Assembly (NCBI GenBank): GCA_965224465.1
Contig: OZ245049.1
Coordinates: 2,640,001-2,672,000 of the forward strand
DNA length: 32,000 bases
Reading direction: 5' to 3'
From: Flavobacteriaceae bacterium
Lineage (GTDB): Bacteria > Bacteroidota > Bacteroidia > Flavobacteriales > Flavobacteriaceae
Below, piece by piece: positions 15,943 to 24,034 of this stretch (positions are counted from its first letter, which is position 1; each line of letters begins with the position of its first letter). Both the position numbers and the translations under genes were made by a program. The notes beneath the pieces are model-generated. The model was not told where the DNA came from, searched no databases, and saw only the letters and a program-made list of their open reading frames with translations.

Positions 15943-17565
15943 ATGAAAAGAACAGGATTTACGATAACTTTTGAAGATGGAGAATCTCATACAAGATATT
16001 TGACACCTATTGGTATTAGAGATGGGGTTTGGTTAGATAATGAAGGTAATAAATTACAACAATCAAATAGATTGACAACTAACGCTTTTTTTGGAGAAAA
16101 TGTTAAAATTCAAATAGAAACATTTAATATTACTGATGGAAAAAAATTAGATATTAAGATTAAAGCTAAAATTGGAGAAGAATATGTAGAAGAGTTTGAA
16201 GAAATAATTCATAAACTTGAAATAAAGAATAATTTGGCTACTTTAGAAAATTTCTATTTAGACCCTAAATGGTATAATGAGGAAATTGAAAATTACAATT
16301 ATGATACTCATTCTACAGAAATTGATTTTGAGAAAGCTATAACTTTTATTTTTGAAGCAAAATTTGAAGATAGAGATTGGGATAAAGCTAGAAGTTTTCC
16401 TAAAAATGAAAATGATTACCTAAGACCAATAACTTACCGAAGAAATTACGAAGAACTCATAGGACTTTTTAAAACTGATAATAGTGGAGAAAAAGATGTA
16501 AAAAGTAACTATGAAAATAAATTCATTAATAATAATGTTGAAATCAAAAGTTTTGTTGACGAATTTATAGAAAAAACCATTGAAGAAAACATAACTATTA
16601 CTGATATAAAAGTATTAATTGAAGAAAAAGCAACTGCACTTTGGGATACATCTGTAAAACAAGTACAAAATGGTAATCTTGACGACAGACCATTATACTG
16701 GGCTCGAAATAAAATGCAAACTTGGCTCAAACGGAACCCACTTTTTAAAGACCAAATTAATTTTGAAAAATCTATCGTAAAAAAAGGGACTGAGCTTGAA
16801 AAAATAATAACCCTTTTTGAAGAAAAAAGCAGGAATTATACAGGAATTGACTTCTCTAAAGCTGAAAACAGGAAAAAAGTATTGATTACTGGATTTGACC
16901 CGTTTCAACTAAATCCTGATACCAATTTTAATACTAGTATGGGGGTAGATTCTGCAAATACATTTAATCCTTCTGGAATTGTTGCTTTGCATTTAAATGG
17001 AAAATTGATAGGTAATGACATTTACATTCAAACTTGTATTTTTCCAGTACGATATGAAGATTTTGATAAAAAATATGTAGAAAAACTAATTAAAGAGCAT
17101 ATTTCAGATGTAGATGTTATAATCACAACTAGCTTGAACGGGGGGAATAATTGGTTTGATATTGAAGCTGACGCAATAGAATATAGAGGTGGTTTTCACG
17201 ATAATATGTGTATTGGAGGACAAAACTATAGTAAATTTAAATACAACTCAAGTAGATTTATAGCTAATACGAGTAACAAACATAATCTCACAACACTTCC
17301 TAAAACAAAGATATTTAGTGATAATTCATCTATAAATATCAATGGGTTAATTGTTAAATATGATACTACAAGATTAAATTCTAAAACTGAAGGTGGTGGT
17401 GGAAATTACCTCTCTAATGAAATAATGTATAGAGCTACTTCAATAAGAGCGAATAAATCAAAAATACCTGTTGGACACTTTCATCTAGCAAATTTAAGAA
17501 CAATAAAAAGAAGCAATGAGATTTTGAATGTAACAGAAATCGTAATAAAGAAAATAGTAGAATGA
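15943..17565 (+). CDS. Effector D, 540 aa: delivery domain shared with effector A, plus a C-terminal pyroglutamyl-peptidase I (C15)-like domain with a Glu/Ser/His triad
   Basis: The ATG at 15943 (MKRTGFTITFEDG) is preferred because the ATG at 15907 lies inside the conserved leader, where the other copy has ACG. The C-terminal 230 or so residues align with Pcp. KKVLITGFDPF matches KKVLxTGFxPF. DIEADAIE matches the catalytic-Glu motif PERVAIN (Glu codon 17164-17166). GGGNYLSNEIMY matches AGxFVCNxxxY (Ser TCT at 17413-17415 where Pcp has Cys). PVGHFHLA matches GGFIHIP (His codon 17482-17484). Confidence 0.7.
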   Translation: MKRTGFTITFEDGESHTRYLTPIGIRDGVWLDNEGNKLQQSNRLTTNAFFGENVKIQIETFNITDGKKLDIKIKAKIGEEYVEEFEEIIHKLEIKNNLATLENFYLDPKWYNEEIENYNYDTHSTEIDFEKAITFIFEAKFEDRDWDKARSFPKNENDYLRPITYRRNYEELIGLFKTDNSGEKDVKSNYENKFINNNVEIKSFVDEFIEKTIEENITITDIKVLIEEKATALWDTSVKQVQNGNLDDRPLYWARNKMQTWLKRNPLFKDQINFEKSIVKKGTELEKIITLFEEKSRNYTGIDFSKAENRKKVLITGFDPFQLNPDTNFNTSMGVDSANTFNPSGIVALHLNGKLIGNDIYIQTCIFPVRYEDFDKKYVEKLIKEHISDVDVIITTSLNGGNNWFDIEADAIEYRGGFHDNMCIGGQNYSKFKYNSSRFIANTSNKHNLTTLPKTKIFSDNSSININGLIVKYDTTRLNSKTEGGGGNYLSNEIMYRATSIRANKSKIPVGHFHLANLRTIKRSNEILNVTEIVIKKIVE

Positions 17566-18020
17566 TTATGAAACTAATAATAACATTAATATTTATTTCA
17601 ATTTTTCAGTTTTCTTACGCACAATCTTGTGGTAGTGGGGAGTTAATATTTGATTTTTATACAATGGACAATGAAAAGTTAGAATATGAAATTTCGGAAA
17701 TAGAAGTAATTGATAGTATCCTATTAGACAAAACCTATCAAGGAATCAAAATAGATTCTACAAACCTAGAGGGAATAAAGCAATATAAATTTAATAAAAA
17801 AAAATTACCTAAATTTATTTCTGAGTCAATGAAATGTAATAATTCAATAATTAATAATCAATTAAGTTTTAAAACACTTGAATTATTTAATAAAGTTTTT
17901 TTATTAAGAGTTTGGAGCAAAAATAGTGAAATTAAAATTTTAATTGAGTTATTTGGTGGTTGTAATAGAAAGAAAATAATCGTTATGTCAAAAGAACCTA
18001 TCTTGATACATAAAGATTAA
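17562..18020 (+). CDS. Exported protein, candidate immunity D
   Basis: Its start overlaps the effector D stop (ATGATTATG). Signal peptide MKLIITLIFISIFQFSYAQ. Confidence 0.6.
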   Translation: MIMKLIITLIFISIFQFSYAQSCGSGELIFDFYTMDNEKLEYEISEIEVIDSILLDKTYQGIKIDSTNLEGIKQYKFNKKKLPKFISESMKCNNSIINNQLSFKTLELFNKVFLLRVWSKNSEIKILIELFGGCNRKKIIVMSKEPILIHKD

Positions 18021-18041
18021 CACAAATATCGTTTTACAACA

Positions 18042-18698
18042 ATGTATAAAAAATACAAAAAAAAAACAGGAAAAAAAGTAAAACAAAAAATTATTGGATC
18101 ATATACTGGTAATCTTCAATATGCAGATGTTGATACTTATAAAGTATTTGTTACAGATGAAGAAGACGCTAGTTTTAAATTGGAGTTTTCAGTAGCTAGA
18201 GACGCATATGCCGTAATTCCAGGAAATGATAAAGGGAGAACAATAATTTTATCTAATATGTCTTTTGAACCAAAGGATGGGAAAATCAACCATTATTCCG
18301 GAAAATACATGAAAATTTATCCTAAAAAGAATGATACTCCTGCTATAAAATTAACTCAGAAAGGGTCAGAGGTTATGCATACTGAATCTAGACCTGATGC
18401 ATTATCATTAAACTACCGTTCAAAAAAAGATATTGCTTCTGGGGTAATGATTCATGTTGGAGGCAATTATGATAACGAACAACACGGCAAAGCTATTTCA
18501 GCTTCAGAAGGTTATTTTGGAATTGTTAATAATGGTAATTCACAAAAAAACACTTCTGACAAACTAACTAAAGAAGTAATAAATACTGTTTGGAAACGAG
18601 CACAAAACAGTAAGTCAAATCCAAACCATATTAGAATAATTATAGAAAAAAGAGATGAAAAAAGCATTCCAAATAATATCGTTTTTACAAAAAAATAG
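18042..18698 (+). CDS. Small effector candidate E with a YkuD/Tlde1-like (L,D-transpeptidase fold) motif in which the Cys position is Tyr
   Basis: No signal peptide and a Lys-rich N-terminus. In IHVGGNYDNEQHGKAISASEGYFGI the His codon is at 18453-18455. Sixteen residues later comes S-E-G-Y (TAT 18513-18515). This reproduces the H-x(14-17)-[ST]-x-G-C-hydrophobic spacing, except for the nucleophile. Confidence 0.4.
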   Translation: MYKKYKKKTGKKVKQKIIGSYTGNLQYADVDTYKVFVTDEEDASFKLEFSVARDAYAVIPGNDKGRTIILSNMSFEPKDGKINHYSGKYMKIYPKKNDTPAIKLTQKGSEVMHTESRPDALSLNYRSKKDIASGVMIHVGGNYDNEQHGKAISASEGYFGIVNNGNSQKNTSDKLTKEVINTVWKRAQNSKSNPNHIRIIIEKRDEKSIPNNIVFTKK

Positions 18699-19116
18699 AA
18701 TTATTTTTATTTTATTAATTATTTCATCATGTAGTAAACAAGTTAAGTTTAATAAAGTAACTACAGGTGTTTTAGTTCCTAAAGGACAAAATATTGTTTA
18801 TAATAATGAATCAATTATAGAAGTAAACAATAATACAATATTTATAAGAAAAATTGAAAAATACAATCAAGATTTAAATTTATTAGAAGTTGATATTTCA
18901 AAGGCAGAAAGTATGTTAACTTATTCAAGAAAAGAATTAGAAAACGATAGTGCTTTAATTGATTACTATCAAATATCCAAAGACAGAAAAAAAACATCTA
19001 TTAAAAATGATTTTATATTTGATAATAATGTAAAATATAAAATCATTTATAAAGTAAAAGATACTGTTTTATGTATTAAAGATAAGAGTATACTCCTTTT
19101 AACAAGATCACATTAA
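18655..19116 (+). CDS. Lipoprotein, candidate immunity E
   Basis: Overlaps the end of effector E by 44 nt. MKKAFQIISFLQKNRIIFILLIISSCSK contains a lipobox (ISSC). Confidence 0.55.
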   Translation: MKKAFQIISFLQKNRIIFILLIISSCSKQVKFNKVTTGVLVPKGQNIVYNNESIIEVNNNTIFIRKIEKYNQDLNLLEVDISKAESMLTYSRKELENDSALIDYYQISKDRKKTSIKNDFIFDNNVKYKIIYKVKDTVLCIKDKSILLLTRSH

Positions 19117-19148
19117 ATTCGATATAAACCAAAACGATAAATATAGCC

Positions 19149-19239
19149 CAAATAACTAAGATTCCTACGATACGTAGTACCCCGCATGCACATAGTGCTG
19201 ACTATACCAGAACAAAAGATGATACTATGGGGCTTGCAT
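19149..19239 (+). repeat. Inter-cassette repeat, copy 3 (5' half only), at the island boundary
   Basis: Aligns with the first 90 or so nt of copies 1 and 2. Begins 32 nt after the stop at 19116. Contains the hairpin CTACG-ATA-CGTAG. Confidence 0.75.
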
Positions 19240-19525
19240 CAAAAACGGAATGAATGAATTGGACAGCCACATCAGTATTAAATTTAATACTGATTGGCTA
19301 CAAGTCTAAGCCCCTGAATTAAACCCACACTTTCTAAAGACACAAAGACAAGCTATTCTACAATCAATTAGCGCTGTTTTTAAAGTTAAATACTGCTAAA
19401 AACAAACACTAGATTCATTCTCGTTTATTTAAGCGTAACAAAGTCGCTTATTATAACAAAAGTCCAAGTATAAATCCTTCAAAAAACGTATCTTCGAAAC
19501 CAATTTAACTTTAATTTGATTATTT

Positions 19526-20902
19526 ATGTTTAAAGGATTACAAGGTTTCTCAAAAGCTTTTTGGACAGCCAATACCGTAGAATTATTAGAAAGAGCCGCG
19601 TATTACGGAGTTTTCATCGTAATAACATTGTACCTATCACGAATTTTAGGTTTCTCAGATATGGAATCGGCATTGATTGCAGGGTTCTTTTCTGGAGGAT
19701 TGTATTTATTACCCACTTTTACAGGAGCCTTGGCGGACAAAATAGGTTTTAAAAGCTCTTTGATAATAGCCTTTACTTTGTTGACTATCGGTTATTTTGG
19801 ACTAGGAATACTTCCTACCATGCTAGAATCGTCTGGCTTAGTTGATTATACAGATAAAATCACATTTACTGGATTAAATGAATCCGTACAACGTTGGGCT
19901 ATTGTACCCGTATTAGTGATTTTAATGATAGGTGGTTCGTTTATAAAAGCGGTAATTACAGGAACTATTGCTAAAGAAACTACTGAAGCTACAAGAGCAC
20001 AAGGTTTTTCTATCTTTTATATGATGGTAAACATTGGAGCGTTTTCTGGAAAAACAATTGTAAAGCCATTGCGTGAGTCTATGGGAGATATGGGATTGGT
20101 TTACTTAAACTATTTCTCTGCTAGTATGACACTGTTAGGCTTGATATTAATAATTATTTTTTACAAAGGAGCCAAACAAGAAGGACCAAGTAAAAGTTTT
20201 AAAGACATCTTAGATGGTTTTGTTAGAGTACTAAGTAATGGTCGTTTAATTTCGTTAATCTTAATAATTACAGGCTTTTGGATGGTTCAGGCTCAGCTAT
20301 ACGCAACCATGCCTAAATACGTATTAAGAATGGCTGGAGAAGCCGCTTCCCCATCATGGTATGCAAACGTAAACCCTTTGGTTGTAGTATTGACAGTTGC
20401 TTTTATAACAAAAATGCTAGCGAGTAAAACACCCCTATTCTCCATGGTTATAGGAATGTTTATTATGCCTTTTTCTGCATTGGCAATGGCTTCTGGAAAC
20501 TGGTTCTCTGGAGGAGAAATTGACCTAGGAATTATTAGCATGCACCCAATTGCCTTGATGATGATTATAGGGATTATATTACAAGCTGTCGCAGAATCTT
20601 TTATATCACCTAGGTACTTAGAGTTTTTCTCTTTACAAGCACCAAAAGGAGAAGAGGCCATGTATTTAGGATTTAGCCATTTACACTCCTTTATTTCTTC
20701 CATTCTAGGTTTTGGTCTTTCTGGTTTTTTATTGTCAAAATACTGTCCAGATCCCAAATTATTTGATACGCATCAAGATTGGGAAGTAGCCGCTGTAAAT
20801 GCACATTATATTTGGTACTGCTTTGCTGGAATTGCAATAGTTTCCGCAATTTCCCTAATCATTTATGGAAGGGTAATCCAACGCTTAGACGCGAAAAATT
20901 AA
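19526..20902 (+). CDS. Proton-dependent oligopeptide transporter (POT/PTR2 family MFS)
   Basis: N-terminal FWTANTVELLERAAYYG matches the POT ExxERFxYY motif. The protein is multi-pass hydrophobic throughout. Confidence 0.8.
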   Translation: MFKGLQGFSKAFWTANTVELLERAAYYGVFIVITLYLSRILGFSDMESALIAGFFSGGLYLLPTFTGALADKIGFKSSLIIAFTLLTIGYFGLGILPTMLESSGLVDYTDKITFTGLNESVQRWAIVPVLVILMIGGSFIKAVITGTIAKETTEATRAQGFSIFYMMVNIGAFSGKTIVKPLRESMGDMGLVYLNYFSASMTLLGLILIIIFYKGAKQEGPSKSFKDILDGFVRVLSNGRLISLILIITGFWMVQAQLYATMPKYVLRMAGEAASPSWYANVNPLVVVLTVAFITKMLASKTPLFSMVIGMFIMPFSALAMASGNWFSGGEIDLGIISMHPIALMMIIGIILQAVAESFISPRYLEFFSLQAPKGEEAMYLGFSHLHSFISSILGFGLSGFLLSKYCPDPKLFDTHQDWEVAAVNAHYIWYCFAGIAIVSAISLIIYGRVIQRLDAKN

Positions 20903-20915
20903 CATTGTTTAAAAC

Positions 20916-20959
20916 AAAAAAACGTCCGATGCTTATGACTTAAACATCGGACGTTTTTT
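20916..20959. terminator. Bidirectional rho-independent terminator between convergent genes
   Basis: AAAAACGTCCGATG - loop - CATCGGACGTTTTT: a 14-bp stem flanked by an A-run and a T-run. Confidence 0.8.
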
Positions 20960-21033
20960 AATTTTAAAAGAACAATCGCTAAGACATAAACAGTCTGAAT
21001 AATTCTTTGCGATATAAAGCCTAGATAAATAGA

Positions 21034-22083
21034 CTAAATTACCTCATACCTTTTTAAGGTAAAAGAAAAATCAGATCCTTTATGTAATTCGCTCTTCACT
21101 TCTATATGTTCACCATGCGCTTCCACAATATGTTTTACAATAGACAAACCCAAACCAGAACCTCCTTGTTCACGAGACCTGCTCTGATCCACACGGTAAA
21201 AACGTTCAAACAAACGCCCTTGAAACTCTTTCAGAACACCTTCTCCATTGTCTGAAACAGTAATTCTTAGTTTTTCACTATCAATATCCGTTAAACTCAC
21301 AAAGGTTGTCCCATTAGTTTTTCCGTATTTTATAGAATTCACAAGAAGATTTATCAATACTTGCTCTAGACGCTCTACATCACCATATACCATAACAGGC
21401 GCATCGTAAATACAATCAAACCTAAGAATAATATTCTTTTTCTTAGCCTTCATTTCTAACAAATCAAACACACCTTGCACCAATACCACCATATTAATAG
21501 GCTGAATGTTTAAATGTAAGTCAGCGGACTCAAATTTAGCGATCATATCCAAGTCTTTTACAATGGCAATTAAGCGTTCGACTCCTTTATTAGCGCGCTG
21601 GAGGTATTTTTCTCTAATGGTTTCATCATCAATAGCACCATCCAACAAGGTCAATATAAAACCTTGAACGGTAAATAGCGGTGTTTTTAATTCGTGAGAA
21701 ATATTCCCTAAAAAATCACGCCGATAACTTTCCCTTTCGTTTAGTATCTCGATTTGTTGTCGCTTATTTTCTGCAAAATTTTTAACCTGTCTGGACAAAG
21801 ATTCCATATTACTTGTCACTTTAGTTTGATATAGATCCGACACATCAAACAAAGAAACATCTTCATAGATTTTTTTAACTCTAAGATAAATAAAACGCTC
21901 TACTCTGTACTGAATAATAACAAAACAGAACACGAAAAGGAGGGCATAAAAAGAGAGAAAAAAAAGGTAGTTTAACAGATGACTCACCATAAAATAATAC
22001 AATAATAGCAACACGAATGTTGCTAATGTTGAGATATAAAACGAGGACCAAAAGGCAAAATTATATGTTTTTCTAAACTTCAT
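21034..22083 (-). CDS. Sensor histidine kinase (PhoR/BaeS-like architecture)
   Basis: H-box SHELKTPL, N-box LLVNSIKYG, G-boxes DNGEG and GGSGLGLSIV, with two N-terminal TM segments. The start at 22083 (MKFRKTY) overlaps the regulator stop by 11 nt and is preferred over 22167. Confidence 0.85.
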   Translation of the reverse strand: MKFRKTYNFAFWSSFYISTLATFVLLLLYYFMVSHLLNYLFFLSFYALLFVFCFVIIQYRVERFIYLRVKKIYEDVSLFDVSDLYQTKVTSNMESLSRQVKNFAENKRQQIEILNERESYRRDFLGNISHELKTPLFTVQGFILTLLDGAIDDETIREKYLQRANKGVERLIAIVKDLDMIAKFESADLHLNIQPINMVVLVQGVFDLLEMKAKKKNIILRFDCIYDAPVMVYGDVERLEQVLINLLVNSIKYGKTNGTTFVSLTDIDSEKLRITVSDNGEGVLKEFQGRLFERFYRVDQSRSREQGGSGLGLSIVKHIVEAHGEHIEVKSELHKGSDFSFTLKRYEVI

Positions 22084-22765
22084 CAATAATAAATTTATAT
22101 CCGACTCCTTTGACCGTTTTGAAATTACGTTCTCCAATTTTTTCTCGTAATTTACGGATATGAACATCTATAGTCCTACCACCAACAACCACTTCACTTC
22201 CCCATACTTTGTCCAAGATATCGTCTCTTTTAAAAACTTTACCAGGTTTGGATGCGAGTAAAGAAAACAACTCAAATTCTTTACGTGGCAAACTGAATTT
22301 ACGACCCTCTTTAATAATCATATATTCATCTCTATCAATAATGATATTGCCTACTTTTACCTGATCATTTTCTGCTTCATCACCCGCTACCCTACGCAAT
22401 AGCCCTTTCACTTTACTCAACAAAACTTTAGGCTTAATTGGTTTGGTGATATAATCATCTGCACCTGCATCAAAACCTGCTACTTGCGAATAATCCTCAC
22501 CACGTGCTGTAAAAAACACAATCAACACTTTCTCAAAACCTTTGATCTGTCTGATTTTCTCACAAGCTTCAATACCATCCATTTGGGGCATCATAATATC
22601 CAATAAAATTAAGTCTGGGCGAAAGGTTCGCGCACGTTTTACCGCCTCAATCCCATTGGCAGCGGTAGCTATCGTATAACCTTCCGATTTTAGGTTATAG
22701 CCAACAATTTCCAAAATGTCTGGCTCATCATCCACCAATAATATTTTAATATCTTTAATTTTCAT
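22073..22765 (-). CDS. OmpR/PhoB-family response regulator
   Basis: Receiver domain KILLVDDEPDI...DLILLDIMMP and a winged-helix C-terminus (TIDVHIRKLREKI...VKGVGYKF). The start at 22765 (MKIKDIK) is preferred over 22801. Confidence 0.85.
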   Translation of the reverse strand: MKIKDIKILLVDDEPDILEIVGYNLKSEGYTIATAANGIEAVKRARTFRPDLILLDIMMPQMDGIEACEKIRQIKGFEKVLIVFFTARGEDYSQVAGFDAGADDYITKPIKPKVLLSKVKGLLRRVAGDEAENDQVKVGNIIIDRDEYMIIKEGRKFSLPRKEFELFSLLASKPGKVFKRDDILDKVWGSEVVVGGRTIDVHIRKLREKIGERNFKTVKGVGYKFIIDEV

Positions 22766-22922
22766 TTTTATATTGCTTTCAATCTTCCTCAAAAATAACA
22801 TTTAATATTTAATAATACACCCGAATCTGCCCAGAAGGTGAAAAGTAACATTTTGCTAACATTGCCCTAACATACGAACTTGATTTGGGCAAAAAAACGT
22901 AATTTTAAACTAAAAAGCGACT

Positions 22923-23639
22923 ATGAATTTAAAAATTGACTTTAAAAATATCCTTTTTTTAGACATAGAAACAGTTCCTGAACTGGAAAATTTCGATGAT
23001 TTAAGCAGGCATAAACAAGCATTATTTGCAAAAAAAACAGCCTATCAACGCAGCGAAGAGCAATCGCCAAAAGACTTCTACAATCGCGCTGGAATTTGGG
23101 CAGAATTCGGAAAAATAGTTTGTATATCTGTAGGATATTTTCGCAACACAACAGGGAACCGAAAATTCCGAATCACCTCTTTTTACAACGATGACGAAAC
23201 GCAGTTATTACAGGAATTTAAAACACTCTTAGACACACATTATCACAAAAAAAAGCATGTCCTCTGTGGACATAACGGAAAAGAATTCGATTTCCCATTC
23301 ATTGCCCGCCGAATGATTATAAATCGCATTGGATTGCCAGAAAAATTAAATATGTTTGGAAAAAAACCCTGGGAAATCCCACATATAGACACCATGGAAT
23401 TATGGAAATTTGGAGACTACAAACACTATACCTCGCTAAAACTACTCACTGAAATATTAAATATTCCATCCCCAAAAGACGATATAGATGGCAGTCAAGT
23501 AGCACAGGTATACTACGAAGAAAAAAACTTAGAACGGATCAAAATATATTGCGAAAAAGACACCATTACAGTCGCACAACTATTATTGCGATTTAATAAC
23601 CAGCCCTTATTAACAGCAAATGAAATAGAAATTATTTAA
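22923..23639 (+). CDS. DnaQ-like 3'-5' exonuclease domain protein (PolB-exonuclease-related)
   Basis: Exo motifs LFLDIETVP, GHNGKEFDFPF and YCEKD. Confidence 0.65.
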   Translation: MNLKIDFKNILFLDIETVPELENFDDLSRHKQALFAKKTAYQRSEEQSPKDFYNRAGIWAEFGKIVCISVGYFRNTTGNRKFRITSFYNDDETQLLQEFKTLLDTHYHKKKHVLCGHNGKEFDFPFIARRMIINRIGLPEKLNMFGKKPWEIPHIDTMELWKFGDYKHYTSLKLLTEILNIPSPKDDIDGSQVAQVYYEEKNLERIKIYCEKDTITVAQLLLRFNNQPLLTANEIEII

Positions 23640-24031
23640 CGGATACAACACAAACCAATAAGGGTAACGGCTAGGTAAACACCCAAGGACATTGCCCCAG
23701 GATAATCCTTTGCAATTCGCTGCCCTATCAACAAGACCAATAAAGTGATGGCAACACAAACAAGACCTAGAAACAATAAAACATTCAATTCCAACACTAA
23801 AAACTGGTACAAACCAACAGTCATTAAAAAAATAGAAATCATTTCCAATACAATCACAAACACCAAAGAAACCGGAATGATAGACGCTACAAATGTCCCC
23901 TTAAAATGCTGTTGATAAAAACCGACGGTTCCTTTCCAATCCATCAATTTCTCAAGCGTAGAAAAAACAAAAGTAATCACTAAAAAAATGGCAACTACTA
24001 TTAAAGGCATCACTGATTGCAAAAAATCCAT
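23636..24031 (-). CDS. Small integral membrane protein (four predicted TM helices, DoxX-like)
   Basis: Hydrophobic throughout. No motif that I can name with certainty. Confidence 0.4.
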   Translation of the reverse strand: MDFLQSVMPLIVVAIFLVITFVFSTLEKLMDWKGTVGFYQQHFKGTFVASIIPVSLVFVIVLEMISIFLMTVGLYQFLVLELNVLLFLGLVCVAITLLVLLIGQRIAKDYPGAMSLGVYLAVTLIGLCCIR

Positions 24032-24034
24032 TGT

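Noticed and set aside
47-16908. Minus-strand ORFs in the island (47-307, 1720-2280, 4981-5187, 5533-5745, 10847-12028, 12278-13008, 14238-14432, 16509-16908)
   Set aside because: Each is antisense to a better-supported + strand gene or repeat. None has a signal peptide, a motif or a plausible partner.
19561-20757. ORFs 19561-19752 (+) and 20293-20757 (-) overlapping the POT transporter gene
   Set aside because: These are shadow or alternative-frame ORFs inside a well-supported transporter gene, with no motifs of their own.
22084-22167. Longer N-terminus for the histidine kinase, and likewise 22766-22801 for the response regulator
   Set aside because: The extension of the kinase would overlap the regulator gene by 95 nt. 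The internal ATGs give the typical 11-nt coupled overlap and a canonical receiver-domain start.
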